Assembly (NCBI GenBank): GCA_026388115.1
Contig: JAPLKK010000033.1
Span: 2,470-66,469, forward strand
Source of the DNA: Elusimicrobiota bacterium
Lineage (GTDB): Bacteria > Elusimicrobiota > Elusimicrobia > UBA1565 > JACRDR01
Direction: 5' to 3'
DNA length: 64,000 bases
Below are positions 41,838 through 52,642 of the stretch, one piece after another; position 1 is the stretch's first letter, and each line of letters opens with the position of its first letter. Made by a program: the position numbers and the translations under genes. The notes beneath the pieces were generated by a model that was not told where the DNA came from, ran no database searches, and saw only the letters and a program-made list of their open reading frames with translations.

Positions 41838-44800
41838 CGCGGCGCCGCGGGCGGGCCGGGCGACGACGTCATCGTCATCCCCGAGCGGACGAAGGCCGTC
41901 GGCACCCCGTCGCCGTTGAGCGCGCGGACCTGGTAGGAGTAGGCGACGAGAGGCGAAAGCCCCGTGTCCAGGTACGTCGTCGAGCGCACATTGGCCACGA
42001 ACAGGAAGACGCCGCCGGTCGAGCGGTCCACCTCATAGAGCGTGCCCGCTGGGTTCGAATTGGCCGACCATCTCAAGCTCGCCGTCGTCGACGCCGCCGA
42101 CACGACCAAGCCCGCCGGCGCCACGGCCAAGGTGTAAGCCGATACGGGAGGCAAGGAGACGGACGCGCCCCCGTGGTTGAAAACCTGCACGGTCATCGGG
42201 CCGTACTGCGTATTCGTGGACAAGCCCGTCTGCAGCCATACGACGGTGAACGGCGGCAGATCGCCGGAAAGGTTCACGCCCGCGCTGAGGACCCGGTAGC
42301 CGGTCTCGTTCATCGAGTTGCCGGTCCAAGTCCAGCGGATGGCGTTTCGGGCGACCGCCGCGCCCGAGACGTTGGTCGGCGCGGGCGGAGCGTCCGCCGA
42401 GGGAGTGACGACGGCCGCCGCCGGGGTGTAGGCGCTGAGCACGCCGTCCGCGTTGACGGCGGCCAGGCGGTAGTAGAAGGTCGTCGCGGGACTTAAGTAT
42501 CCATCGGTCGCCGCGGTGTCCAGCGTCGTGATCCAAGGCGAGAAATTCGCGGTCGCCCCCGTCGTCGACCTCTCAAGCCGGTAAGGCGTGCCGGATGGAT
42601 TGCCCGCGGCCGACCAGGAGAACGTCGCCGAGGTCGAAGAGATGCGGACTGCGGCGAAGCCGGCCGGCGAGGCGGCAAGGGTAGCGCGCGAGGCCAGGCC
42701 AGAATCGGCCGTGCCCCCCGAATTGAAAGCCTCGACGAGGCAAGGGCCGTAGATTCGGTTGGGCGACAGGCCCGTCTGAGTCCAACTGTTCAGGCTCGGC
42801 GGGAGGTCCCCGGAGATATTCGCCGTTCCTGCCAGGACGCGATAGCCGGCGGCGACAGCCGAGTTGACCGTCCATCTCCATTGCACCGCGCTCGTGCCCA
42901 AGGCGACCCCCGCAAAACCGGTCGCCGCCGCCGGCGCGCTGGCATCCGCCGTGCGCGCGGACGTCACCGTTTGCTGAGAGGTGTCCGAGGACGGGCTGAT
43001 CGCGACTATCGAGAAGAGGTACGTCGTCGCGGGCAGCAGTCCGCCGAACGTCACCGTGGCCGTCGCGGTCGTCTGGCTCAGGAACGGGGAGCCTGCGGTG
43101 GACGCGGAGACTGTGTATCGCGTGCCTTGAGGGTTGCCGTTGGTGGACCAAGATAGCGTCACGGACGTGGTGCTCACCGCGAGGGGATAGAACATCGTGG
43201 GAGGGGCGGCCAGCGTGCACGCGGAGGCGGCCGAGCTTGAAGTGCTGACGCCGCTCCCGTTGAAGGCCTGCAGCAGGTAGGGGCCGTAGCACGTGGCCGT
43301 GGACAGCCCATCTTGCATCCACGAGGTGGCGTCCGGGAACAGGTTCCCCGAAAGATTCGTGGCGCCGGCCATCACGCGATAGCCGAGGGCGTTGGTCGCG
43401 CCGCTCGACCAACTCCACGCGATGCGGGTGGTGGCTACGCCCTTGCCGGCGAACCCCTTGGGCGCGACCGGAGGGCCTTGTGCCGCGGTGAGCGTGGAGG
43501 CCATGACGCCGAAATCCGTGAATAGGCCTTCGGCGTTCTTGGCCCGCACCTGATACCAGTACATCGTCGAAGGGTTCAGCCCCGTGTCCAAGAACGTCGC
43601 CGCCGTCGTCAGCGCGATGGAGACGAACGTCCCGCTCGTCGAGCGCTGCAGATCGAAAAGCGTCGTCACCGGATTCCCATTGGCCGACCAGCTCAAGCCG
43701 ACGGCGGACGAGGACGCCGCGACCGCGGCCAAGCCGGAAGGCGCGGCCGCGAGGGTGTAGCGGGAGGCGGGGGCGGAAGTGGCGTTGGTCGCCCCGTTGA
43801 AGGCCGTCACCCAATACGGACCGTAGAGAGTGTTGGGCGTGAGGCCCGTCTGAAGGAAGGTGGTGGTGTTGCCCGCGAGGTCGCCGGACACGTTGGCGTT
43901 CCCGGAGATGACGCGATAGCGCGTCCCGAGGACGGACTTGTCGTTCCAGGACCAGAATATGCTGCGCGTGGAGACGGGCGTGCCCGCGAAGATCGACGGC
44001 GGAGCGATGAGCGGCGGCAGCGCGACCGGGCCCGCCAGCGCGCTGTCGATGGAGTCCCGATTCCTGCCCGCGACCTTGAAATAGTAAGTGGACAACGGAG
44101 CGAGGCTCGTGTCGGTGAAACTCGTCGCCCCCGTCGTCAAGAGGGAGCGCCAAGCGTAGCTCACGCCGTCGGTGGATCGAAAGATGTCCCAAGTCGTGCC
44201 CGCGGGGTTGCCGTTCGCCGACCAGCTCAACGTCGCGCTGCTCGGCCCGACCGGAGATATCGCCAGACTCGTTGGCGGCGCCGCCGATGTGGCCCCCGGA
44301 AATTGGTAAGAATCCGCCGTACCAGTCGAATTGAAAGTGCGGAGGAAGCGGTAGTAGGTGGTGTTCGTCGATAGGCCCACCTCCAGCCAACTCGTGGCGC
44401 TTGCCGGAAGATCCCCGGAAAGGTTGACCGTGCCGGACATGACGCGATAGCCCACGACGAGAGATGCGGGGGCGGGCCAGAACCAGAGCATCGAGCCGGT
44501 CCCCATGGCCCGACCGGAAAGCCACGACGCGATGGGCGGCCCGGCTGCCTGGATCGCGAACGGTCCGGCTGTCCGCACATTCCCGGCGCGGTCCCATGCC
44601 GTGAAGATCGCTTGATTGGTCGCCCCGCAAGGCGAGATTCCATTGCAGACCATGGAAGCGGCCGAGTTGGATAGGTTCAGCAGGGCCCCGGTCAGCGTTT
44701 GCGCCGCCGTCGTCCCGTCGGCACCGGACAAGGCGGATGCCAAAGGAGCGGCCCTTGCGATCCCACCATTAGTCCACGACCCGATGTACAGTTTCCCGTT

Positions 44801-47800
44801 GAAGGCCGCGAGGCTTACCAGACTACGCGGCGACCAAGGCCAGTTTACCACCAGCCAATTCACGCCGTCGGGCGTGGTGAATAGCGGCCCGTTTGAATTG
44901 GCCGCGTACAGTTTTCCGTTGAACGCGGACAGCGCCGTGATCGTCCCCTCTACGGTGGATCCCGCCGTCCAATTGAGCCCGTCGGCGGATGAGGCGATCT
45001 GGCCGTGGTAGTCGGTCCCGGCGTACAATCGTGCGCCGAATATCGCGAGGCTGTAGACATTCCCGTTCACCGCCGGGTGCGTCCAGCTCACGCCGTCAGC
45101 CGAAGCGTAAATCCCCCCGGAGCCTCCAGCATAAAGCTGTCCGTTGAATGAGATCAACGAGAGGATCGGAGGGCCGGGCGCAGGGTTTTGGTACCAGTTG
45201 ATGCCGTCGGGAGAACTGTACAGCGCCGAAGGTACCGCGCCCGTGCTCGCCGCGTAGAGCCTGCCGTTGAATGAAGCCAGAGCGGTGATGGAGGCGACGC
45301 CGTCCCCCGCCACCGCGTAGTTCCGCGTCCAGGCGCCACCTCCGCCCGTGCTGTATACGGCGGCGCCTGCGACGGTACCCGCATAGAGCCTTCCGTTGAA
45401 AGCCGCAAAACTCCTGACCGAGCGGCCGCTCGTGACGAATTCCGTCGACCAGGCGAGCCCATCCGAGGATGAGTAGACGGCGCCGCTATTCGCGGAGCCC
45501 GCGAATATCTTTCCGTTGTAGGAAGCCAGGCTCTGCACCCCGGAATTCCAATAGGGCCAGTCCATGTTGGCGAAGTCCTGCCACGCGCTTCCAGCCGACG
45601 ACGAGCACATCACCCCGAAGCCCTGCACGAAGCCCGGGGTGTCGTGCCCGTCTCCAACGAGCGCGAGCGCGTTCGCCGAGACCGCCAGGCCGCTGACCGC
45701 GTCCTGGACGCCGATCTGCACCGTCACGGTCGAGCGCAGGTCGTTCACCTGCGATTCGCTCACGGCCGCGCCGCTCGAATTGAGGCTCGCGAAAGCCCCG
45801 GCCTGGGCGGGAGGCGTGAAGTCGGTCACGAAGCTGAACGTCGGCGACCACGGCCCGACGCTGTCGCCGCTCAGCGCCACCCGCCAGTAGTACGTGGCGG
45901 CCTCAGTGAGAGTGAAAGTAGAGAGATAGGCCGCGTCCGCCGTCGGCAGGCCGGTACTCGCCACGACTGCCGGCGTCGAGATGCCGATGACGATGCTTGC
46001 CGGCGAAAAGCCGGGGTCGTTGTTCGACACTTGAAGGAGATAGGACGCGCCGGAGGACATGCCGGCCACGACCGCCGTGCTGGCGCCGATCCAATCGAAG
46101 TTGGGCTGGAGGTTCACGTAGGCGCCGTTGGCCGGGTAGGTCGGCAGGAGGCTCACCGGCGTGAGCGCGAGGGATACGGGGCCCGCGAAATCGGTCGCGA
46201 TCCCCTCGCCATTCTTGGCCCGGACCCAGTACGTGTAGGTGATGCCGGGCAGCAGAGCGTCGGTGAACGTAGGCGCCGCGCTCGATTGGAAGACGGCGGC
46301 CAGGGTCGTGCCGGTCGAGCGTTCAAGGTCCCATATGGTATTGGGCGGATTCCCGTTGGGCGACCAGGAGAGCGTCGCGCCGCCGGCGCCGAGGGGCGAG
46401 ATCGAGAACTGGGCGGGCGCCGCCGCCAAGGTGAAGCCCGAATTGGAAGACGAGTCCGCTGTGCCGGATGAATTGAAGGCGCGCGCGAAATAGGGACCGT
46501 AGCGGGTGTTGATCGACAGTCCCGTCTGCAGCCAGCTCGTCGTCCCCGCCGGAAGGTCGCCGGAGATGCTCGTCGATCCGGACATGACCCGTAGACCGGC
46601 CGCGTTCGGCACGCTGTTGACCCAGCTCCAGCGGATCGCATCCGGGCCGGCGGCGGCATGCGCGAACAAGCCCGGGGCCGTCGGCGCCGCGAGGTTCCAG
46701 CCCGAGACGTTGACGGGAACCGGACCGGCGAAGGCGGTGAAATAGCCGTCGCCGTTCTTGGCCCGGACCTTGTAGTAATAGGTCGCCGAGAGCGTCAGGC
46801 CGCCGTCGGCGACACTCGCCGCGACGCTGGATTGAAAGACCGGCGCGTATAGCACGCCGTCGGTCGAGCGTTCCAAGTCCCAGAACGTCCCGCTCGGATT
46901 CCCGTTCGCGTCCCAGCTCACGGTCGCACTGCTCGGGCCCACGGCGGTCGCCGCGAGATTCGCGGGGACCGCCGCCAAAGTGAAGGCCGAAGCGGACCAC
47001 GAGTCGGCGGCGCCGGTGGAATTGAAGATGCGCACGAAGTACGGTCCGTACCTCGTGTTCGTCGCGAGGCCGAGCTCCAACCACACCGTCGTGCCCGGCG
47101 GCAGGTCGCCCGAGATGTTCGTCGTCCCGGACATGACGCGAAATCCGGAGATCATCGTAGCGGTGCTGACCCACGACCATTGGATCGCATCCACGCCCAC
47201 GGCGCTGTGCATGTAGTTTGCCGCAGCCGGCGGCGGCGAGGACACCACGATCGCGTAAGGTCCGGCCGCGAGCACGTTCCCCGCGAGATCGGAGACGGTG
47301 AAGATCACTTGGTTGGTGGCCGCGCAAGGCGAGGCTCCGCCGCAGGTCACCGTATTGGATGAATTGTTAAGCGCGAGACCGAAGACGCTCAGCGTCTGCG
47401 CCGCCGTCGTGCCGTCCGCGCCGCCGAGGTTGGGGAAGAGCGGATTCTTTAGGATGATCCTGCCGTCATTGGTCCCGGCGTAGAAATTGCCGGAAAACCC
47501 CGCCAAGCTCGCGATCCCGCCTGCCGCGGCGGTGCTGAAGACGAGCATCCACCGCGCTCCATCAGGCGAGGCATAGATCGCGCCGTCGGGTCCCGCGCCG
47601 GCATAGAGCTTGCCGTTGAAGACGGCGAGGCTCCGGATCGCGGTCTCTCCGGTGCCGGTCAGGACCGCGGCCCAATCGGAGCCGTTGGCCGAAGCGTAAA
47701 CCGCGCCCGCCGGCTCGGTCCCCGCGTAGAACTTGCCGTTGAAGGCGGCCAGGGTCCGGATAGCCGTCGCCCCCGGCAACGATGCCTGGCTCCAGTTCAC

Positions 47801-50800
47801 GCCGTCGACGGAGGCGAACAGGATGCCGGCGCCTCCCGCGAAGAGCCTGCCGTTGAACGCGCCGAGCGTCCCGATGGAAGGACCCGGAGCGGGCACCCGG
47901 CTCCAACCGGCGCCGTCGGACGACGCATACAGCATCGACGCGGCGCTGTTCGAGGCGTATATCCTCCCGCCGAACACCGTCAGGCTCGCGATGCCCTGAG
48001 GCCCCGCCTGCGCCGGCGCGGTGTAAGCCGCCGACCAGGTGGTCCCGTTGAACGATGAGAATATCTTCCCGGCCCCATAGGTGCCGAAGAAGAGCTTCCC
48101 ATTGAATACGGCGAAGCTTTGGATCTGCGTCTCGCCGGCGCCGCCCGGGAACGTGCTGCTGAAGACAAGATTCCAGGTGACGCCGTTCGCCGAGGCATAC
48201 AATCCCGCGTTGTTCGCGGTCGCGGCGTACAATCTCCCGTTGAAGGAGGCAAGAGCCGGCACCGATACGGCCGCGGTGCTGGAAAAGGTGGGCGTCATGT
48301 AGTAGGAATCGACCCAACTCTTGCCTGCGTCGGTCGAATAGAGGACGCCGCAGCCCCCGCTCGAACCCGGGCCGTCATGCCCGTCCCCCGCGAATGCAAG
48401 GCGGCCTTGGGTGACCGCAAGACCGGTGCCGGCGTCTTGGACGCCGAGCCGGGCCGCTCCCCCGAACCCCGGATTGATCTGCGCCTCGCCGACCAGCGTG
48501 GAGGTCCCGCTGAGACTGGCGAAGGCCGCGGACTGAACGGGCGGCGTGAAGTCCGCGTAGAACTTGGACGCCTGCGACCATGCCCCGAATGCGCCGTTGT
48601 TCGCGGCGACGCGCCAATAGTAGGTGGTGTTGTCGGTGAGGGTGAAGGTGGAGAGGTACGCCGCGTCCGCCGTCCGCACGCTCGTGCTCGTCAAGACGGC
48701 CGGAGTGGATATGCTGATCACGATATTGGACGGCGTGAAAGCCGGGTCGTTGTTGGAGACCTGGAGATAGTACGCCGACCCCGCGGGCAGAGCGGCGGCC
48801 GAGGTGGTGCTGAGCCCGATCCAATCGAAGTTGGGCTGGATGTTGACATACGATCCATCGACTGGAAACGTCGGGACGGCGGTGGAGAGCGCCGGAAGGG
48901 TGATGACCGTGGCCGTGGCCGCGAACGCGGTGAAGAAGCCGTCGCCGTTCTTGGCGCGCACTTGGTAGAAATAGGTCGATGCGGGCAGCAGGCCGTAGTC
49001 CGTATAGCTCGCCGCCGCGCTCGACTGGAAGATGCTGTTGACGTTGATGCCGTCGCTCGAACGCTCAAGGTCCCATACGGTGCCCGCCGGGTCGCCGTTC
49101 GCCGACCAGCTCAACGTCGCGCTGCTCGCTCCGGCGACGCTGCCGGCGAAGCCGGCGGGCACCGCCGCCAGCGTATAGCCGGAAACGGAAGCCGAATCCG
49201 CCGTCCCGCTCGAGGTGAAGACTCGGACGACATAGGGACCGTAGCGCGTGTTCGTCGAAAGGCCGGTCTGCAGCCAGCCGGTCGCGTCGGGCGGCAGGTC
49301 TCCCGACACGTTCGCGCTCGCGGCCATCACGCGATAGCCGGACGGGTTCGGCGAGGCGCCGGTCCAAGACCATTGGATCGAATCGACGCCCGTCGCGCGA
49401 CGGGCAAAGCTCAGGGGCGCGCTCGGCATCGATGAAATGAGGACGGCGAACGGACCGGCCGTGAGCACGTTGCCCCCCAGGTCCGAGGCCGTGAAGAGCA
49501 CCTGGTTGGTCGCGCCGCACGGCGAGACCCCGCCGCAAACGACCGAATTCGACGAGTTCACCAAGCTGAGGTTGAAGGCGCTGAGCGTCTGCGCTCCGGT
49601 CGCACCGTTCGTTCCCGTGAGCCCGGCCTGGACCGGCGTGAACTGGTATATCTTTCCGCCGTCGGTCCCGGCATACAGCTTTCCGTTCAATGCCGCCAAG
49701 CCCTCGACTCCGCCTGCCGCGGCGCTGCTGAATACGGGCATCCATGTCGCCCCGTCCGGCGAGGCATAGATCCCCCCCATGTATGTCCCGGCATACAGCT
49801 TCCCATTGAAGACAGCAAGGCTCCGGATGGAAGCTCCGCCGGTGCCGGTCAGCGCCGGAGTCCAATCGACGCCGTTCGCGGAGCCGTAGACCGCACCGCT
49901 GGGCTCCGTTCCGGCGAACAACCTGCCGTTGTACGAGGCGAGACTCCGGATCGCGGTCGTTCCCGGTATCGAGGTCTGCCCCCAGTTGACGCCGTCGGCC
50001 GAGACGAAAAGCACGCCGTTGGCGCCCGCATAGAGCCTGCCGTTGAACACCCCGAGCGTGTTGACCGACGGACCCGGAGAGCCCACCGGGCTCCAGCTCG
50101 CCCCGTCACCCGAGACATAGATCACCGAGGTCACGCTGTTCACCGCGAACAGCTTCCCGTTGAACACGACCATGCTCTCGATGCCCTGCGCCCCGGCCTG
50201 GACCGGCGAAGTGAAGACAGCCGTCCAAGTGCTTCCGTCGGGCGAGGAGAAGATCTTTCCCTTTCCGTAGGTGCCGAAGTACAGCTTTCCATTGAAGGGG
50301 GCGAAGGATTGGATCTGGGTCTCGCCGGCTCCGCCCGGGAACGTGCTGCTGAAGACCTGGGTCCAGCTGCCGCCGCTCGCCGAGACGTACAATCCCGCGT
50401 TGTTCGTGGTGCCGGCATAGGCCTTGTTGTTGAAGGCCGCAAGGGCCAACACGTGAGTCGTGCTGCTGCCGGCAAAGACGATGTTGGGGCTCGGCGAATC
50501 GATCCAAGTCCGGCCGGCATTGGTGGAATACAGGACGCCGAAGGGGCTGCTCCAGCTGGAATAGTCGTGCCCGTCCATGGTGGGCGGGCTCGGAAAGACC
50601 GCGAGGCCGGTGCCGGCGTCTTGAACGCCGATCTGCGCGGTCACGTTGGCCGCCAAGCTCTGGAGCTGAGCTTCGCCCGCCGGCGGATAGGTCGAGACGC
50701 GGGTGCCGAAACCCGCGGCCTGAGCCGGCGCGGTAAAATCGGTCTGGAATCTCGCGGGAAAGAAACCCATGCCGGTCTGGATCAACCACGGTCCGAGCAC

Positions 50801-52429
50801 CTCGGACTGCGCGTCGGCCACCGCGACGCGCCAATAGTAGGTCGTATTGTCGGTGAGCGTGAACGTCGAGCCGTACGCTCCGTCCGCCGTCGGAAGGCCG
50901 GCGGCGACGACGACGGGCGTCGCTATGCTGATCACGATGCTCGATGGCGCAAAGGCCGGGTCGTTGTTCGAGACTTGGAGGAGATACAGCGCGCCGCCCG
51001 GCAGGCCGGCGGCCGAGACCGTGCTGAGGCCGATCCAATTGAAATTCGGCTGGACGTTCAAATACGCGTAGTTGGGCGGGTAGCTCGGCGCGATCGCCGA
51101 CAGGTCCGGGGGGAGCACGCCGCTCAGGGTCAGGCGGAGCGCGCGGTACGCGTTGGCCAGCCCCGCGCCGGCCGCCGCCGAGGCGCCGATGGCGTATGCC
51201 GAGCTTCTCAGATTGGTCTGCACCTGCGCCGGCGTCAGCGTCGGCATGGCCGAGAGCATGAGGGCCGCGATGCCCGCGACCAGCGAGGAGGCGTACGACG
51301 TGCCGGCCACGGAAACGTAGCCGCCGTTGAGGCCGGTGGTGAGGATCCCGTTGACGGCGTCGCCGCCCGGAGCGACGAGGCCGTTGGCGGCGAGCTCGGG
51401 GCCGCGGGACGAATAGGCGGCCACGGCGTTGGATATGTCCGTGGCGCCCACGGGGATCACATTCGCGCAATTGGCGGGGTTGTTGACCGCGTTCCCATCG
51501 TTTCCCGCGGAGGCAACGACGGTCATTCCCGCTGCGGAGGCGGCGTTGAGCGCGTTCTGCAGCGGCGCGCCGCACGGGCCCGCCGCGCCGAGGCTGAGGT
51601 TCGCGACGACGCGACCCGTCAAAGTCTCGGCGTAGCCAAGCGCGGCGATGACGGAAGCGTCCGAAGCGACGCAAGCGCTTCCCCCGCAGGAGGAGTCGCA
51701 GGAGCCGTCGCTCGGGAATACTTTCAGCGAGACGACCTTCGCCCCCCACGAAATGCCCGCGACACCGATCCCGTTGTTGGTCGAGGCGGCGGCGACGCCC
51801 GCGACCGCCGTGCCGTGGTAACAGGCCGGAACCGGCGGGTTCTCACCGACGCAGACGCCGCTCGAGCAGTCCTGGCTATGCGACGCGTCGATCTTAGCGG
51901 CAAGGTCGGGATGGTCGGCCTGTATGCCGGAGTCGATGATCGCGATCGAGACCGGATTGGTGTTCCCCGTCTCGTAGCTCCAGGCGGCGAGCGCGGCCAC
52001 GTTGTTCAAGTACCACTGGCCGCCCAGTTGAGGGTCGTTCGGGCTCAGCAGCGCCCGGTGGGCGCGGTTGGGATGGGCGTCGAGCACGCCGGGCAAGGCC
52101 TTCAATATCTCCAGCCCATTGGCGACGGGCATGCCCTCGGGCATGAAGACGAGGTGAGCGGCGCTTCGCCCGAGCCGCCGCTGCACCAACATCCCTGCGT
52201 TCCTCAACGCTTGCGCCCGTACCTTCGCGTCCACGCCCTCATCGAAGAGAACGAGTGCCTCCCCGGCGAGCACTTCCGCATTGCGAAAGGACGGCATGCG
52301 CTCGACGCGGCGCCTATGCGCCGCCTCGGCCGAAGCGGGAACGAGAGAGACGGCCGCCAGCGACAGGAGGGCGCCGACCAGGCGACAGGCGGCGGAACGG
52401 GCTGTTCGGCGGCCACAAAATCCAAGCAT
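41834..52429 (-). CDS. Giant exported S8 serine peptidase with three beta-propeller modules and FN3 repeats (N-terminal part)
   Basis: Signal peptide; subtilase triad IAIIDSG / YHGTAVAG / GTSYAS; repeated SLAVFNGKLYAGT blades; FN3 pairs. Confidence 0.88.
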   Translation of the reverse strand: MLGFCGRRTARSAACRLVGALLSLAAVSLVPASAEAAHRRRVERMPSFRNAEVLAGEALVLFDEGVDAKVRAQALRNAGMLVQRRLGRSAAHLVFMPEGMPVANGLEILKALPGVLDAHPNRAHRALLSPNDPQLGGQWYLNNVAALAAWSYETGNTNPVSIAIIDSGIQADHPDLAAKIDASHSQDCSSGVCVGENPPVPACYHGTAVAGVAAASTNNGIGVAGISWGAKVVSLKVFPSDGSCDSSCGGSACVASDASVIAALGYAETLTGRVVANLSLGAAGPCGAPLQNALNAASAAGMTVVASAGNDGNAVNNPANCANVIPVGATDISNAVAAYSSRGPELAANGLVAPGGDAVNGILTTGLNGGYVSVAGTSYASSLVAGIAALMLSAMPTLTPAQVQTNLRSSAYAIGASAAAGAGLANAYRALRLTLSGVLPPDLSAIAPSYPPNYAYLNVQPNFNWIGLSTVSAAGLPGGALYLLQVSNNDPAFAPSSIVISIATPVVVAAGLPTADGAYGSTFTLTDNTTYYWRVAVADAQSEVLGPWLIQTGMGFFPARFQTDFTAPAQAAGFGTRVSTYPPAGEAQLQSLAANVTAQIGVQDAGTGLAVFPSPPTMDGHDYSSWSSPFGVLYSTNAGRTWIDSPSPNIVFAGSSTTHVLALAAFNNKAYAGTTNNAGLYVSASGGSWTQVFSSTFPGGAGETQIQSFAPFNGKLYFGTYGKGKIFSSPDGSTWTAVFTSPVQAGAQGIESMVVFNGKLFAVNSVTSVIYVSGDGASWSPVGSPGPSVNTLGVFNGRLYAGANGVLFVSADGVNWGQTSIPGTTAIRSLASYNGRLFAGTEPSGAVYGSANGVDWTPALTGTGGASIRSLAVFNGKLYAGTYMGGIYASPDGATWMPVFSSAAAGGVEGLAALNGKLYAGTDGGKIYQFTPVQAGLTGTNGATGAQTLSAFNLSLVNSSNSVVCGGVSPCGATNQVLFTASDLGGNVLTAGPFAVLISSMPSAPLSFARRATGVDSIQWSWTGASPNPSGYRVMAASANVSGDLPPDATGWLQTGLSTNTRYGPYVVRVFTSSGTADSASVSGYTLAAVPAGFAGSVAGASSATLSWSANGDPAGTVWDLERSSDGINVNSIFQSSAAASYTDYGLLPASTYFYQVRAKNGDGFFTAFAATATVITLPALSTAVPTFPVDGSYVNIQPNFDWIGLSTTSAAALPAGSAYYLQVSNNDPAFTPSNIVISISTPAVLTSTSVRTADAAYLSTFTLTDNTTYYWRVAANNGAFGAWSQASKFYADFTPPVQSAAFASLSGTSTLVGEAQINPGFGGAARLGVQDAGTGLAVTQGRLAFAGDGHDGPGSSGGCGVLYSTDAGKSWVDSYYMTPTFSSTAAVSVPALASFNGRLYAATANNAGLYASANGVTWNLVFSSTFPGGAGETQIQSFAVFNGKLFFGTYGAGKIFSSFNGTTWSAAYTAPAQAGPQGIASLTVFGGRIYASNSAASMLYASSDGAGWSRVPAPGPSIGTLGAFNGRLFAGGAGILFASVDGVNWSQASLPGATAIRTLAAFNGKFYAGTEPAGAVYASANGSDWAAVLTGTGETAIRSLAVFNGKLYAGAGPDGAIYASPDGARWMLVFSTAAAGGIASLAGFSGNFYAGTNDGRIILKNPLFPNLGGADGTTAAQTLSVFGLALNNSSNTVTCGGASPCAATNQVIFTVSDLAGNVLAAGPYAIVVSSPPPAAANYMHSAVGVDAIQWSWVSTATMISGFRVMSGTTNISGDLPPGTTVWLELGLATNTRYGPYFVRIFNSTGAADSWSASAFTLAAVPANLAATAVGPSSATVSWDANGNPSGTFWDLERSTDGVLYAPVFQSSVAASVADGGLTLSATYYYKVRAKNGDGYFTAFAGPVPVNVSGWNLAAPTAPGLFAHAAAGPDAIRWSWVNSVPNAAGLRVMSGSTSISGDLPAGTTSWLQTGLSINTRYGPYFARAFNSSGTADSSSNSGFTLAAAPAQFSISPLGAGGATLSWSPNGNPPNTIWDLERSTGTTLAAVFQSSAAPTFTDALLPGITYTYWVRAKNGEGIATDFAGPVSLALTPVSLLPTYPANGAYVNLQPNFDWIGASTAVVAGMSSGASYLLQVSNNDPGFSPASIVIGISTPAVVASTGLPTADAAYLSTFTLTEAATYYWRVALSGDSVGPWSPTFSFVTDFTPPAQAGAFASLNSSGAAVSESQVNDLRSTVTVQIGVQDAVSGLAVSANALALVGDGHDTPGFVQGFGVMCSSSAGSAWQDFANMDWPYWNSGVQSLASYNGKIFAGSANSGAVYSSSDGLAWSTEFVTSGRSVRSFAAFNGRLYAGTVAGAAVYSTGGGGAWTRNYAVAGDGVASITALASFNGRLYAASTGAVPSALYSSPDGINWYQNPAPGPPILSLISFNGQLYAGGSGGIYASADGVSWTHPAVNGNVYSLAIFGARLYAGTDYHGQIASSADGLNWTAGSTVEGTITALSAFNGKLYAANSNGPLFTTPDGVNWLVVNWPWSPRSLVSLAAFNGKLYIGSWTNGGIARAAPLASALSGADGTTAAQTLTGALLNLSNSAASMVCNGISPCGATNQAIFTAWDRAGNVRTAGPFAIQAAGPPIASWLSGRAMGTGSMLWFWPAPASLVVGYRVMSGTVNLSGDLPASATSWLEVGLSTNTTYYRFLRTFNSTGTADSYQFPGATSAAPPTSLAISPVGPSSATLSWSANGNPAGTTWDIFRSTDGVSYAWRSLLTTGATSFTDTSLAPLSTYYFKVAGRNRDSIDSALAGPVALPPLIAPPSIFAGTPVSTRSIFWSWNDKSVLGTRYRVISGNANVSGDLAGNTTTFLQTGLTPNTLYGPYWVTAFNGATNATSAPASRYTLAAAPSGLAAVAASSSAVGLSWSANGNPVTTLFDLQRSTSGTFVSIALTTAATFLDTGLNPSTMYWYQVRAKNAEGLFTDFGVMASTLTAAQGPPVAPKGFAGKGVATTRIAWSWSSGATNALGYRVMAGATNLSGNLFPDATSWMQDGLSTATCYGPYLLQAFNGSGVSTSSSAASACTLAAPPTMFYPLAVSTTSVTLSWSTNGNPQGTRYTVSASTAGSPFLSQTTATATVTFGGLLPATTYLFSIVAISPSSDTSQQTVTSARTADASAPAAATGFAGVALGTSAVQWRWTVNSAVAAGYRVLAGTANISGDLPPSLNSWTQTGLSPNRIYGPCLVEAFNSGGTADSGLASRATLAASPAGFAAVRISSTSATFSWSAAGNPSGTPYRLERSTTGATANFSPWITTLDTAATDGYLSPATTFYYRLAAVNADGVLSAYTPAAAVVTPSADAPPAPTNVSGAAVARNAIRWTWTGNSMNETGYRVLSAGVNLSGDLPPFTVVWLQTGLSTNTQYGPMTVQVFNHGGASVSLPPVSAYTLAVAPAGLVVSAASTTASLRWSANSNPAGTLYEVDRSTGGVFLFVANVRSTTYLDTGLSPLVAYSYQVRALNGDGVPTAFVRSGMTMTSSPGPPAAPR

Positions 52430-52642
52430 TTGATCCCGGCTATTCGGCTGGCTCCGCGAGTGAGGTACTGGATTTCAAAAAACTACGACCTGCCGGCCGA
52501 TTTAGCGTTTTATCTGAATTTAGGCGCAACTCTTAGGTTAGCCCCGGGGCGCCACCGAATCCCGAAGAAATTCCGACTTTCCTTAATACACTAAGCAGGC
52601 AAGGCTTCGGCCGTTGCGTTGCAAAAAGGTATAAAGACCCGC

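Noticed and set aside
44600-51100. Repeated propeller modules as DGR template/variable repeats
   Set aside because: All copies are coding, differences are not adenine-specific, and no reverse transcriptase is in the window.
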